The notes below the pieces were generated by a model. That model was not told the DNA's origin, ran no database searches, and saw nothing but the letters and a program-made list of their open reading frames with translations. Below are positions 27,297-38,716 of a stretch of DNA of 50,743 nucleotides, piece after piece. The position numbers and the translations under genes are program-made. The number at the start of each line of letters is the position of its first letter. The first letter of the stretch is position 1. Where the stretch lies: NCBI RefSeq assembly GCF_001194135.2, contig NC_068990.1, forward strand, positions 74,547,636 to 74,598,378, read 5' to 3'. The stretch is from Octopus bimaculoides (lineage: Eukaryota).

Positions 27297-27849
27297 AGGA
27301 CGTGTGGTTGTCTCGAAAAGTCATGAAAATTATAGTATATTACCGCTGGCCATTGGTGTTATTGCAGCAGCTTGATGAATGTTGACAAGAGAAAAACATG
27401 GAATGTAGTAAGTTTTCGGCAGACGTGAAACTTCAGTTGTTGCGGCAGTTCTAATAATATAGTATACACAAACTATTCTAAACACTCATTCAAACTGATT
27501 GTTTTCCCTTGCTGAACATTCTCCACACAAGAACAGATTATATACTTTTATTTATGATATCCGAGAGATCAGAAAAGGTCACTTGAAAGGCCTCCACACC
27601 AGTGGAAAGACCATTCAGTTAAACGATTTATTCCCAGATTCATAAGTCGGGCGCAAACAAAAAAGAATTGGAAGCCTATTGTGGCCAGAGGTCAATAACA
27701 GGATCGATACCTGTAGTTTTAATTACATGCGTCTTTTGTTAATTATCATTGAAGTGAGCAGTTTAGTACATTTGTGTGTATTTTTCTAGATTTTATTCTT
27801 ATGGTTCAAGTTCTAGCAAGGTCATATCATCTAAGCAGCTGTAACTCGT

Positions 27850-28025
27850 CTATTATGTTGCTTCTACTGAAGATCGTGTGGACCCTGAGTGCTACACCTG
27901 CTCGTAGTCTAGCCATACTTTCAGTAGAATTAAGCCATGCTTCTTCGCCTACTACAAGTTATTAGCTATTTTCTCGAAGACACATCTACCGGTTACTCTG
28001 CGTGCCACCAGTCTGTGCATTTTGA
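27850..28025 (-). mobile_element. Possible highly decayed RT fragment of an RLE-type LINE
   Basis: KHGLILLKVWLDYEQV*HS-(V)PHDL resembles the WLDYxKAYDSVPH RT motif, but needs several repairs. Confidence 0.35.
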
Positions 28026-28163
28026 TAGAGAGAGTGGTAATATTATTTTAAATGAACGTAGCTTGACAGAGGTATTTCACATTCGAATGCAAGTAGTTGA
28101 GAAACTTTATATTTAAGTTGCTATTCTTCCTTTTCAAGTAACCCATTGAGAGAAAAAGAGAAT

Positions 28164-28214
<51 letters not shown>

Positions 28215-28310
28215 CGAAAAAAGAGAGACAGTGCATGTGTATCCCTGGATTTTTTGGAGAACTGGTACTAATCTTGATTAAATTCAGAAATTCACTACGC
28301 ACCTCAGAAT

Positions 28311-28650
28311 TTCGCTTAGTAACCACTTGGTTTCGCGTTCAGGCCTACAGTGTTGCACCTTGGGCTAGTGTCTTTCGAGCCAACTAATGTCTCCCTCTTA
28401 AGAGAACTTGGTAGTTAGACACTGTGCGAAAGTCCGTCATGTATATGTGTGCATCTTTGTGTCTTTGTTCTCCTCCACCAATTGACAATCGGTGTTGGTA
28501 TGTTTGCGTTCCAGTAAATTAGCATTTCGGCAAAAGAAACGGATAGAATAAGTAGCAGGCTTTACAAAAAGATGTTAGAGACGATTCGTTTGACTAAATT
28601 CTTCAAAGCGGTGCCCCAGCATGACCGCGATCTAAGAACTTAAATAAGTG
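28311..28650 (+). mobile_element. SINE group B, diverged near full-length copy
   Basis: caccttgggctagtgtctt; ttcggcaaaagaaacggatagaataagta; gcggtgccccagcatgaccgc. Confidence 0.7.
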
Positions 28651-28744
28651 TTTCTCTACAACTTTCGCGGTGAAAGTCTTTGCATGCCTACGTGTGCTCG
28701 AACATATTAAAAATACCTGTAAACACGTATGCACAAATACATGT

Positions 28745-28859
28745 CGGTAGGGGCGGTAGCGGCGGCAGCGGCGGCAGCGGTGACATCGGCGGCATGGGCG
28801 GTAGCGGCGGCAGCGGAGGCTCCGGCGGCAGCGGCGGCTGCAGCGGTAGCGGCGGCAGC
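28745..28859. repeat. GC-rich (GGCGGCAGC)n imperfect repeat running into a gap
   Basis: Direct inspection. Confidence 0.85.
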
Positions 28860-29437
28860 NNNNNNNNNNNNNNNNNNNNNNNNNNNNNNNNNNNNNNNNN
28901 NNNNNNNNNNNNNNNNNNNNNNNNNNNNNNNNNNNNNNNNNNNNNNNNNNNNNNNNNNNNNNNNNNNNNNNNNNNNNNNNNNNNNNNNNNNNNNNNNNNN
29001 NNNNNTGCAGCGGTATGAGTGTCGGAGGACACAGCGGTAGCAGCAAGAGCTGCGAAAGCAACAGCAGCGGGAACAGACCTCCGCCTGTGTTTAAAAGGCT
29101 TGTATGTTTTATTTCGTTTTAATAGGTTTATGAAATATTTTGTGTAAAAATTTCATTTCTCATAGATTCAAGGTGTAAATTTTATATCAATGTAAGTGAG
29201 GAAGTATGGTGGCTGAGAGGTTGTTTGTTCTTTTGATATTTGTTTGTGCACACCCAGCGCCATCTTCCAACGATAAAAAAAAAGAAGAAAACGTCTGACG
29301 AATCACCATGGAAAGGCAAAGGAACAACTGTTTGGGTTAGTGAAGTTTTTATAATGATGATGATGAGGATCATCATCATCATCATCGGCATCTTCATCAT
29401 CATTATCGTTGTATTCACGGCAAAAACTGCTGCTACA

Positions 29438-29485
<48 letters not shown>

Positions 29486-29540
29486 ACTGTTGTTGATATT
29501 GTTACTGCTGCAGTTGTAATTACTATTTTTAGTATTAATG

Positions 29541-29586
<46 letters not shown>

Positions 29587-29587
<1 letters not shown>

Positions 29588-29773
29588 CCTTTCTATTATA
29601 GGCACAAGGCCTGGAATTTTGGATGAGGAGACTAGCCGACTACATCGACCCCAGTGTTTCACTGGTACTTAATCTATCGACCCCGAAAGGATGAAATACA
29701 AAGTTGATCTCGGCGGCACTTGAACTACGAACGTGAGGACGGACGATATAACCGCTAAGCATTTCGCCCAGTG
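29587..29773 (-). mobile_element. SINE group C with (ATT)n tail, head truncated
   Basis: aatcctttctattataggcacaaggcc adjoins (AAT)n at about 29545-29587. Confidence 0.85.
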
Positions 29774-29990
29774 TGATAACACTTCCAATCAGTTAAAATT
29801 AGAAGCCAATGAGAGCCACTGCCTGGTACTGCAACGCTTTGTTTTTGTTTTTTTTTTGTTTTCTTTTTTGTAACCCTGTATGCTATGCATACGTCTCCTC
29901 TTTCCCCGTGTATACCGTGTATATCTCTGTATTGTCCCCCTTATCTTTCATCCTCGTGGCAAATAAATAAAATTGTTATTATTATCATCA

Positions 29991-30066
<76 letters not shown>

Positions 30067-30581
30067 TTCCTTGCTGTCTTCTTTAAATATCTCAGCAACA
30101 CTCTATCCAGAAGCCATCAATTACACACCATGCATTTTTTTTCAGCACAGTCTGGTGTCTCTCCATGGCATGGTTCGAATCACGCAATAGTTTGTTTATT
30201 TTCTTTATACGTTGTCGTCCTCACCACCACCATCATCATCATCGACGTCGTCGTCGTCGTCATCATCATCATCATCATCATCATCATCGTCATCATCAAC
30301 AACGGCAACACCAACAACACCGACATTATTATCATGATCATTAGTATGTTACCAACCAGCCAACCAGCAATCTAACAACCACCTTGCTCCATATACTCCC
30401 CACCCTGAAAACTAGATTCTCTCAATATTATTGGTTTCATTTATAGTATCTTCGAAGAGACATTTAGTCGAAGGAATATTTTAGAGCTTTGTAAACTGCG
30501 TCTGCATTGTATTCCTTCAATAATATTTGAAACAATCAGAAAGTCAATAAGACGGATAACGGGGAGTAGAAGTGAGAAGGA

Positions 30582-30675
30582 GGGAGGAGGAAGAGTGGCC
30601 GGCGAGGAGGAAGAGTGGACGGCGAGGAGGAAGAGTGGACGGCGAGGAGGAAGAGTGGACGGCGAGGAGGAAGAG
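30582..30675. repeat. 20-bp minisatellite GGCGAGGAGGAAGAGTGGAC, about 4.7 copies
   Basis: Three exact units at 30601-30660 plus partial flanking units. Confidence 0.95.
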
Positions 30676-30799
30676 AGACAAAGACTGACACAAAGATAGA
30701 CTAACTGGAAAACAAGTAGATAGACATACATATCTATCTATCGATCGATCGATCTGTCTATGAATCTAACTATTTATCACACGATTGATCTACCTACTA

Positions 30800-30838
<39 letters not shown>

Positions 30839-31163
30839 GATCTATTAAGCTACCCATCTTTCTATCANNNNNNNNNNNNNNNNNNNNNNNNNNNNNNNNN
30901 NNNNNNNNNNNNNNNNNNNNNNNNNNNNNNNNNNNNNNNNNNNNNNNNNNNNNNNNNNNNNNNNNNNNNNNNNNNNNNNNNNNNNNNNNNNNNNNNNNNN
31001 NNNNNNNNNNNNNNNNNNNNNNNNNNNNNNNNNNNNNNNNNNNNNNNNNNNNNNNNNNNNNNNNNNNNNNNNNNNNNNNNNNNNNNNNNNNNNNNNNNNN
31101 NNNNNNNNNNNNNNNNNNNNNNNNNNNNNNNNNNNNNNNNNNNNNNNNNNNNNNNNNNNNNNN

Positions 31164-31196
<33 letters not shown>

Positions 31197-31199
31197 ACA

Positions 31200-31201
31200 T
31201 C

Positions 31202-31263
<62 letters not shown>

Positions 31264-31288
31264 TATAGATAGATAGATAGATAGATAG
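31200..31288. repeat. (GATA)n microsatellite
   Basis: Direct inspection. Confidence 0.95.
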
Positions 31289-31829
31289 GCGTACATAGAA
31301 TTCTAGAGTTGTTGTGAAGGGAAGTGAAGAATGAGGTATCGGTCAGGGGAGTAAAAATAAGAGAAAAAAGAGAGTTAGGGAAGAAAACCAAAAAGCAGTT
31401 AGAAAGAAAGAAAAGAGATGAAGATAAAAAGAAGGAGGGTAGAAAGACAAAATAAGAAGAGAAAGATATATCAGGAAGATGGAAGGAAACAAGAAGTGGG
31501 GAAATGGAAAGAAAAGGTTAAATATGGAAGCGAAGAAAGGCTTTTTCTAAGAAAAGAAGGACGACAAAATGTTTCGAGAAAAGGAAGTATGTGATATAAA
31601 CAATGGGAAAATTTTGAGGCGAAGAAAAATATAAAGAAAGGAAATAGGAATAACTGAAGGAAGTTTATAAATGAATTAAAGAATAATGTGAGACGAAATA
31701 AATGCGATGACTGGAGAAAATAAACGAATGTAAATAATATATATTGAAATTGAAAGACAGAGAGCGTGAGGGCGATGTAATATAAGCGTACATATATATA
31801 TATATAGAAACGTATATGCATTTTTATGT

Positions 31830-31887
31830 GTGTGTATATATATGTGTAAATGCCTGTGTGTTTGTATGTATATATGTATCTACATGG

Positions 31888-31935
<48 letters not shown>

Positions 31936-32308
31936 GTATGCATTTGTCTACCCTCATATACACATCCATACATATATGCATACACAAATATGCATACACA
32001 TCATATATACACATACGTGCATACAAAAATACACACACACACACATATATACAGATACATACATAAATAGACATACATTCTTACATGCTTACACACATAT
32101 ATATACATACAAACATACATACATAGATGTACACACTTATAAACGTACATGCATATATTCATGCATACATACATGCGTACACACATACATACAAATGTAC
32201 ATACATTCAAACACACATACATACATGCAAGCAGGCAGGCATACACGTATACATACATACATACATACATACATACATACATAATACATACATACATACA
32301 TACATACA

Positions 32309-32342
<34 letters not shown>

Positions 32343-32355
32343 CATACATACGTAC
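31830..32355. repeat. Compound (TA)n/(ACAT)n/(CA)n tract
   Basis: Direct inspection. Confidence 0.9.
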
Positions 32356-32654
32356 GTAGGCAGCTGAAAACATCAACTACATGCGAGGAACAATGAAAAG
32401 TTCATTAAGACTAAATAGTTGCAAATAGATATCTTGGAATCATTGCCAAAGATTTGGTAATGCTCATTTTATTTGGCACCATGTACACATTTAATAGTTT
32501 AACTGTTTACACGGTTTACACAATCATTTGACATTCATCATTTCGGCACCGTCACCGGATCCGCCAATTCCGCCGCCACAGAACATGAAGCTGTGTCATC
32601 ATAAAATAATTAAGTATGGTTAATAATGATTCTCTTCATTAATATTACTATTAT

Positions 32655-32672
32655 CGTTAATCATCATCATCG

Positions 32673-32714
<42 letters not shown>

Positions 32715-33129
32715 CCACCACCATCATCATCACTAATGGTTCTTGCCTTTTCTAATTGTCTGTCTATTGTTTCTTTTTTATTCTCCAGGAAATCGTTATT
32801 AATTTTATTGTTAGAAATCCTCATAATCGTCGTAGTCGTCGACGTCGTCGTTGTCATCACCCTCCTCCTCCTCCTCCTCCTCATCATCATCATCATCATC
32901 ATCATCGTCATCATCATCATCATCATCATATTAATATTCATCATCAGATACATCGTCATCACCGTCCTTGCCCTCCTCGTTATCGTAAGCAACGTCAATG
33001 TTATTATTATTAGCAGTGGTTGTAGTCATAATAGTAGTAACAGTAGTATTAGTAGTGGTGGTGGTGGTATTAATAGTAGTAACAGCAGCAGCAGCAGCAG
33101 CAGTAGCAGCAGCAGTAGCAGCAGCAGTA

Positions 33130-33178
<49 letters not shown>

Positions 33179-33258
33179 TAGTAGCAGCAGTAGTTGCCGC
33201 TGCAAATTTAGTAGTATCATCATCACCATCATTATCATCATTATTATCTTCTTACTTC

Positions 33259-33308
<50 letters not shown>

Positions 33309-33344
33309 TTTATTATTATTATTATTATTGTTATTATTATTAAT
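32655..33344. repeat. Compound trinucleotide tract (CAT/CGT/CCT/AGT/AGC/ATT)
   Basis: Direct inspection; explains ORF 32736-33407. Confidence 0.9.
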
Positions 33345-33529
33345 ACAGTTTTATATGTAAGAGATGAGGAATTACGTATGTCATTTACATTATTTACAAT
33401 TGACTGATATTTGTCCTCATCTTGTTTGTTGTTGTTAACACAACGTTTCGGCTGATATCCCTTCCAGCCTTCATTAGGTGTCTTGGGGAAATTTCGAACC
33501 TGGGTTCTCATTCCTAAGGTATTTTTCGA

Positions 33530-33531
<2 letters not shown>
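33345..33531 (-). mobile_element. ~190 bp hammerhead-containing element embedded in (ATT)n (Penelope pLTR- or retrozyme-like)
   Basis: Non-microsatellite island between two (ATT)n tracts, containing the fold at 33437-33482. Confidence 0.55.
33437..33482 (-). ncRNA. Minimal type I hammerhead ribozyme with a G5A core mutation in this copy
   Basis: Minus strand reads GACAC-CUAAUGA-A-GGCUG gaagggauau CAGCC-GAAA-CGU-U-GUGUU: stem I 5 bp, stem II 5 bp, loopless palindromic stem III (ACGU), GUU cleavage triplet. Confidence 0.7.
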
Positions 33532-33607
<76 letters not shown>

Positions 33608-33608
<1 letters not shown>

Positions 33609-33710
33609 TGTGGATAAAATAAGTACCAGCTGATCACTGGCATTAATGTAATCGAATAGCCACCCTCCCTCAAAAATTGCAAGCCATTTGCTTATAGTGG
33701 AAAGAATCAT
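33608..33710 (+). mobile_element. SINE group C, 3' fragment
   Basis: gataaaataagtaccagctgatcactgg...atgtaatcga. Confidence 0.65.
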
Positions 33711-34151
33711 TTAGTATTTCAACTGATTGCTTTAACACACCCCATTGTCTCGTTGGNNNNNNNNNNNNNNNNNNNNNNNNNNNNNNNNNNNNNNNNNNNN
33801 NNNNNNNNNNNNNNNNNNNNNNNNNNNNNNNNNNNNNNNNNNNNNNNNNNNNNNNNNNNNNNNNNNNNNNNNNNNNNNNNNNNNNNNNNNNNNNNNNNNN
33901 NNNNNNNNNNNNNNNNNNNNNNNNNNNNNNNNNNNNNNNNNNNNNNNNNNNNNNNNNNNNNNNNNNNNNNNNNNNNNNNNNNNNNNNNNNNNNNNNNNNN
34001 NNNNNNNNNNNNNNNNNNNNNNNNNNNNNNNNNNNNNNNNNNNNNNNNNNNNNNNNNNNNNNNNNNTACAAGACTCCGGCGGGGGATGGTGGCGAACCTT
34101 GCTGTACTCTTTAACCACAACTTTCTCTCACTCTTTCTTCCTGTTTCTGTT

Positions 34152-34332
34152 GTACCTGTATTTCAAAGAGCCAGCCTTGTCACGCTCTGTGTCACGCTGA
34201 ATCTCTCCGAGAACTACGTTAAGGGTACACGTGTCTGTGGAGTTCTCAGCCACTTGCATGTTAATTTCATGAGCAGGCTGTTCCGTTGATCGGATCAACT
34301 GGAACGCTCGTCGTCGTAACCGAAGGAGTGCC
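34152..34332 (+). mobile_element. SINE group A, 3' body
   Basis: Matches about 46850-47030 closely. Confidence 0.9.
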
Positions 34333-35530
34333 AACCACCATACTGCATTCAGCAGGGTGAACAATTGCGTAGAACTGAGCTATTATTGATAAGTGTAGTT
34401 CTGATATTTCTTTATAGCTTATTTCTCTACAACACTGAGGAGAGTTAAGCAGCTAAACAGATTCAGGCATTGCAGTATGACTGACTGCAAGTCGGCAAGA
34501 TTTGTGAATGAATTTATGTAAAAGGTAAGAGAATTGAGCAGGAGTCCGTTAGATGGGTTGCACAAGTAGTTTTAATATTGTTATATCTCAAGCTGCTGCT
34601 ATCTAGCACCTTCGGATAATCTCTACTCAACCGCTACACAACTGCTACTCGATTGCTACTCAACACTTCTACCACGGCCAGACTACCTCTTTATGTCTTG
34701 GGAGATCCTACTACTTCTCCTGAGGGCATCGACACAACACTTTCTTTATATACTACTAGATGTAACCACTGCCTGGTCCTTCGTGTGTATTTAGCAGAAT
34801 CCACTTTCTTACAATCAATCGGACGAGGAGATAGTAGAGATGATAATACGATATTTTGCCTTGTTGCTTCTTATAACAGCCTTAATTTCTCCACTCGTGT
34901 CAGAATCCCTATTAAACCACAAGGGGCTTAGGGCATCTTTTTGCCTGATCCATTATAAAGAAATGATTCTCATTTTCAAAGATAAAAACAAACCTTTTGT
35001 AAGAGAATGGACAGCAACATCAAAGAGAGGTTCAGTATATAAATAGAGGCTAGACAATAGAAGAAATTAATGACGATGACGATGATGATGACGACGATGA
35101 CAACGACTATGACGACGATGATGATAAGGAGGAGGACAAATAGTAGAGTCATTGCTGTTAGTTCTGCTACATACTAGTAGTAATGCTGACGGTACCTTCC
35201 TCTCACCCATCTGTCCCTCTGCCATTATAGTAGTTGCCGCTATAAAGTAGAAATTCCCATGCATGATTGCTTACAACGATTTGTTTATACCGAAGTAAGT
35301 GCACTTAATTACCTAATAATGATTGATCTTGACTAATGATCAGCGACAGTAGTGCAATATCAGGAGACAGTACACAATGATACTGAATTGAAAAAAAATT
35401 GACACAAAACAGGAGTGTCAGGGATCAAATGAAAGGTCAACAACGTCTATTATACTGTTTGTTTTAAACACAGAAACATTAAATTTTTTTTTAAAACACT
35501 AACGTGATTGCCTTGCTATCGTTATTGTTA

Positions 35531-35724
35531 AGTTGGTGAGCTGGCAGAATCGTTAGCAAGCCGGGAGAAATGCTTAGCGACATTTCATCCGACTTTACAT
35601 TCTAAATTCATATTCCGCCAAAGTCGGGGTAGATAAATTAAGTACTAGAGAAACACTTGAGTCGATGTAATCGACTAGTTTCTTTCTCAACATTTCAGGC
35701 CTTGTGCTTTTAGTAAAAAGGATT
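35531..35724 (+). mobile_element. SINE group C followed directly by (CTT)n
   Basis: gagctggcagaatcgttagc head; tail ...caggccttgtgcttttagtaaaaaggatt then (CTT)n at 35724-35822. Confidence 0.85.
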
Positions 35725-36285
35725 CTTCTTCTTCTTCTTCTTCTTCTTCTTCTTCTTCTTCTTCTTCTTCTTCTTCTTCTTCTTCTTCTTCTTCTTCTTC
35801 TTCTTCTTCTTCTTCTTCTTCTNNNNNNNNNNNNNNNNNNNNNNNNNNNNNNNNNNNNNNNNNNNNNNNNNNNNNNNNNNNNNNNNNNNNNNNNNNNNNN
35901 NNNNNNNNNNNNNNNNNNNNNNNNNNNNNNNNNNNNNNNNNNNNNNNNNNNNNNNNNNNNNNNNNNNNNNNNNNNNNNNNNNNNNNNNNNNNNNNNNNNN
36001 NNNNNNNNNNNNNNNNNNNNNNNNNNNNNNNNNNNNNNNNNNNNNNNNNNNNNNNNNNNNNNNNNNNNNNNNNNNNNNNNNNNNNNNNNNNNNNNNNNNN
36101 NNNNNNNNNNNNNNNNNNNNNNNNNNNNNNNNNNNNNNNNNNNNNNNNNNNNNNNNNNNNNNNNNNNNNNNNNNNNNNNNNNNNNNNNNNNNNNNNNNNN
36201 NNNNNNNNNNNNNNNNNNNNNNNNNNNNNNNNNNNNNNNNNNNNNNNNNNNNNNNNNNNNNATTATTATTATTATTATTATTATT

Positions 36286-36638
36286 GAGTGAGAGAGCAGT
36301 GCATGCCATCAAAGTGACACTGGGGTAAAATATACGAAGCCCAGTATACCCATCATGACTACCCGTCCGATAAGGGTACACCAGGCACATGCATCACAAC
36401 CATATGTGCGTGACATGGTGATCTCATATCAAGATAAACAGCGCATGACCTCGCAGGTGGGACCCAGTTAGAATTTTCTTCGGGTCGAGTAGCCCATCCT
36501 GCTCAATAGGTCCCTGAATAAGGTTTGTTTAAGGATGTTGAGCAAAACACCCATGTTTCCAAAGGTGAATTATTCAAACCCCATAGAATTCCTCTCAACA
36601 CATGGCTATGATGCTCCCCCCACTACATCTGCTCATGA
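36286..36638 (-). mobile_element. Second, truncated copy of the (AAT)n-associated 555 bp element
   Basis: Aligns by eye to about 12917-13270 and adjoins (ATT)n at the same end. Confidence 0.85.
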
Positions 36639-36667
36639 TAAGTCCAAAAATTTCTAGCGGCACGGAG

Positions 36668-36835
36668 TAAGTCGATTATATTAACCCGTGCTCAACTGGT
36701 ACTTATTGCATCGCTCTCAAAAGGATGAAAGGCAAAGTTGGCCTGGCATCGATTTGTATGACTAAAACTCTTCAAGGCGGCACCAGCATGGTTGCAGGGT
36801 AATAAGTGAAACAAGAGATAAAGGATAAAAAGCAT
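36668..36835. mobile_element. Adjacent fragments of SINE C (minus, 36668-36757) and SINE B tail (plus, 36758-36835)
   Basis: ctcaactggtacttatt...aaggatgaaaggcaaagt; then gactaaaactcttcaaggcggcaccagcatgg. Confidence 0.6.
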
Positions 36836-37277
36836 GATTCGGTTTCTCTCTGGGGATTTAAATCTTCGCGATGCAATGCAATACTGATCAAACGGCTCCA
36901 AGTAAAAGTAGATTGGTGGTATCCACTTTCCTTCACAAGGCTTTAGAGACTGGCAACAAAGAGAGGGAAAAGGAGATAGATAGATACGTACATACATACA
37001 TACATACATGCATACATACATACATACATAGGAAGAGAGAGCGTGATTGAGTTAGGGTGTAATGTATACGTAGACTTGTGATCTAGTCCAAATTCTCGTA
37101 ATACGTGGGACTCTGTTAAATACACGCAAAGGATGTAGATGGCGTTAAACGGAGCGACAGATTAAGTCAACGACTGAAGCTTAACGGCCACATCGTATTG
37201 AAGTCTGCCCAGCAGCGATATAAGTTAAATAAATATGCATAGATGATTACAAATATATTGAAACTGATGAAATATAT

Positions 37278-37494
37278 AATCCTTTCTACTACAAGCACAA
37301 GGCCTGAAATTTTGGGGGAGAGGAACCGTTGATTACATCGACCCCAGTACTCAACTTGTACTTCTTTAATCGACCCTGAAAGGGTGAAAGGCAAAGTCGA
37401 CCTCACCGGAATTTGAACTCAGAACATGAAGATGAACGAAATACTGCTAAACATTTCACTCGGCGTGCTAACGATTCTGCCAGCTCACCGCCTT
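37278..37494 (-). mobile_element. SINE group C, full-length reference copy
   Basis: Complete from the head (aaggcggtgagctggcagaatcgttagcacg) to the tail (agtagaaaggatt). Confidence 0.9.
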
Positions 37495-37719
37495 ATCTAA
37501 CGAAATAAATAACGGCCGAAGAACTGTTCATGATGAAGTCCCTCAATGTTTTAATGGCATATATTTGAAATAACCTACATTTCTAGAATTCGGTAGGACA
37601 ACGTTATTCTTTATTATCTCTAGAAAATAATATTTTCCGAGTTTTCATTCAGTAATTCGTGTTGTGTTGTGTTAAACATCTTCGGAGCAATATCGGGCCA
37701 GTCTCTACAAGAAAGTGAT

Positions 37720-38716
37720 TATCTTCAATTTCATCCCAGGAGGAATTGTGTACCATAATAAGGCACTATTAAAAGCATATCAAAGGAATTGTTCACAGTG
37801 AAGCTCAATACGTAAATAACGGATATATTAATATACCAGAAGGGACGTACCAACACTTATAGAACAATGAATATAATAAAAACCGCTTACACCCCACAGC
37901 GTGGTTTCTCTTGAAGCAACAAGAATTACGGGTGCATGACAGGATATATGGTAATTCATTCTATATTGTTAATGGCGTTAACAAGATGGCTTACAATGTG
38001 GAAACTATGAAATTGTAGCTCTGGTAAAAGTAATTCAAGAGTGTTCTAAGAACCTGAACTCCTCCATCGCTGAATATTCGAATATTCTTGTTGAGTGCGA
38101 AAGGGGCAGTTAGCTTCGAGTGTCTGCTGAGAGTGAATGGAAATGTCTACGTAACTTCCGAATAAGCTGCAAAACAGCGAAATTTAATAACTAATGGTGA
38201 TGAATGAATCAAAAATAAAGCTATTTTCTCACACGAACTTCTTCCTCGTTTAATTTTTTTGCCTTGGATCGTTATCTAAATAAAAAAAAGTATAACAATG
38301 AAATTCTATCAGTAGTATGAATGAAAAATAAAAATGATGAAATATAATTACATTAACCACGGATAATCATTTGGGAAAGCAAAAAATAAACGTTGAAAGT
38401 CATTGAAAATAATTTATTAATGAATGACTTTAAGTGTTCAGAATTTAGATTGCTCTATCACGGAGCGGGTTTACTTGATTTCGCTCAAAAAGCAACAATC
38501 AGTTTCAGACAACGAGAATATTTTGAATGTAGTACCACTGCGGTCATTTGTGATATGGCTAATCGATGACAATTCTTGACTGATAGAGCGAGAATATCTG
38601 GTAAAACATATTTGAATAATACTCTGATTGAATACTTGAGGCGAAGTGAAGAAATGGTTCTGTTCATTGCAACCACAGGCATAGCAGCAAACTTGTTAAA
38701 TAAAGAAAGAACACAG
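37720..38716 (+). mobile_element. Decayed Helitron RepHel fragment (post-Rep region to start of the PIF1-like helicase)
   Basis: IVYHNKALLKAY; LLSAKGAVSFECLLRVNGNVY (compare KGPTSFEDLRTVNG); and at 38570-38716 FLTDRARISGKTYLNNTLIEYLR...VLFIATTGIAANLL..ERT (PIF1 motifs I and Ia). Confidence 0.8.

Noticed and set aside
27540-27620. Possible FQGD RT motif on the minus strand
   Set aside because: It needs an indel repair and no downstream YxDD motif was found.
30582-30675. Regularly spaced 20-bp direct repeats
   Set aside because: There are no spacers and no cas genes, so this is a eukaryotic minisatellite rather than CRISPR.
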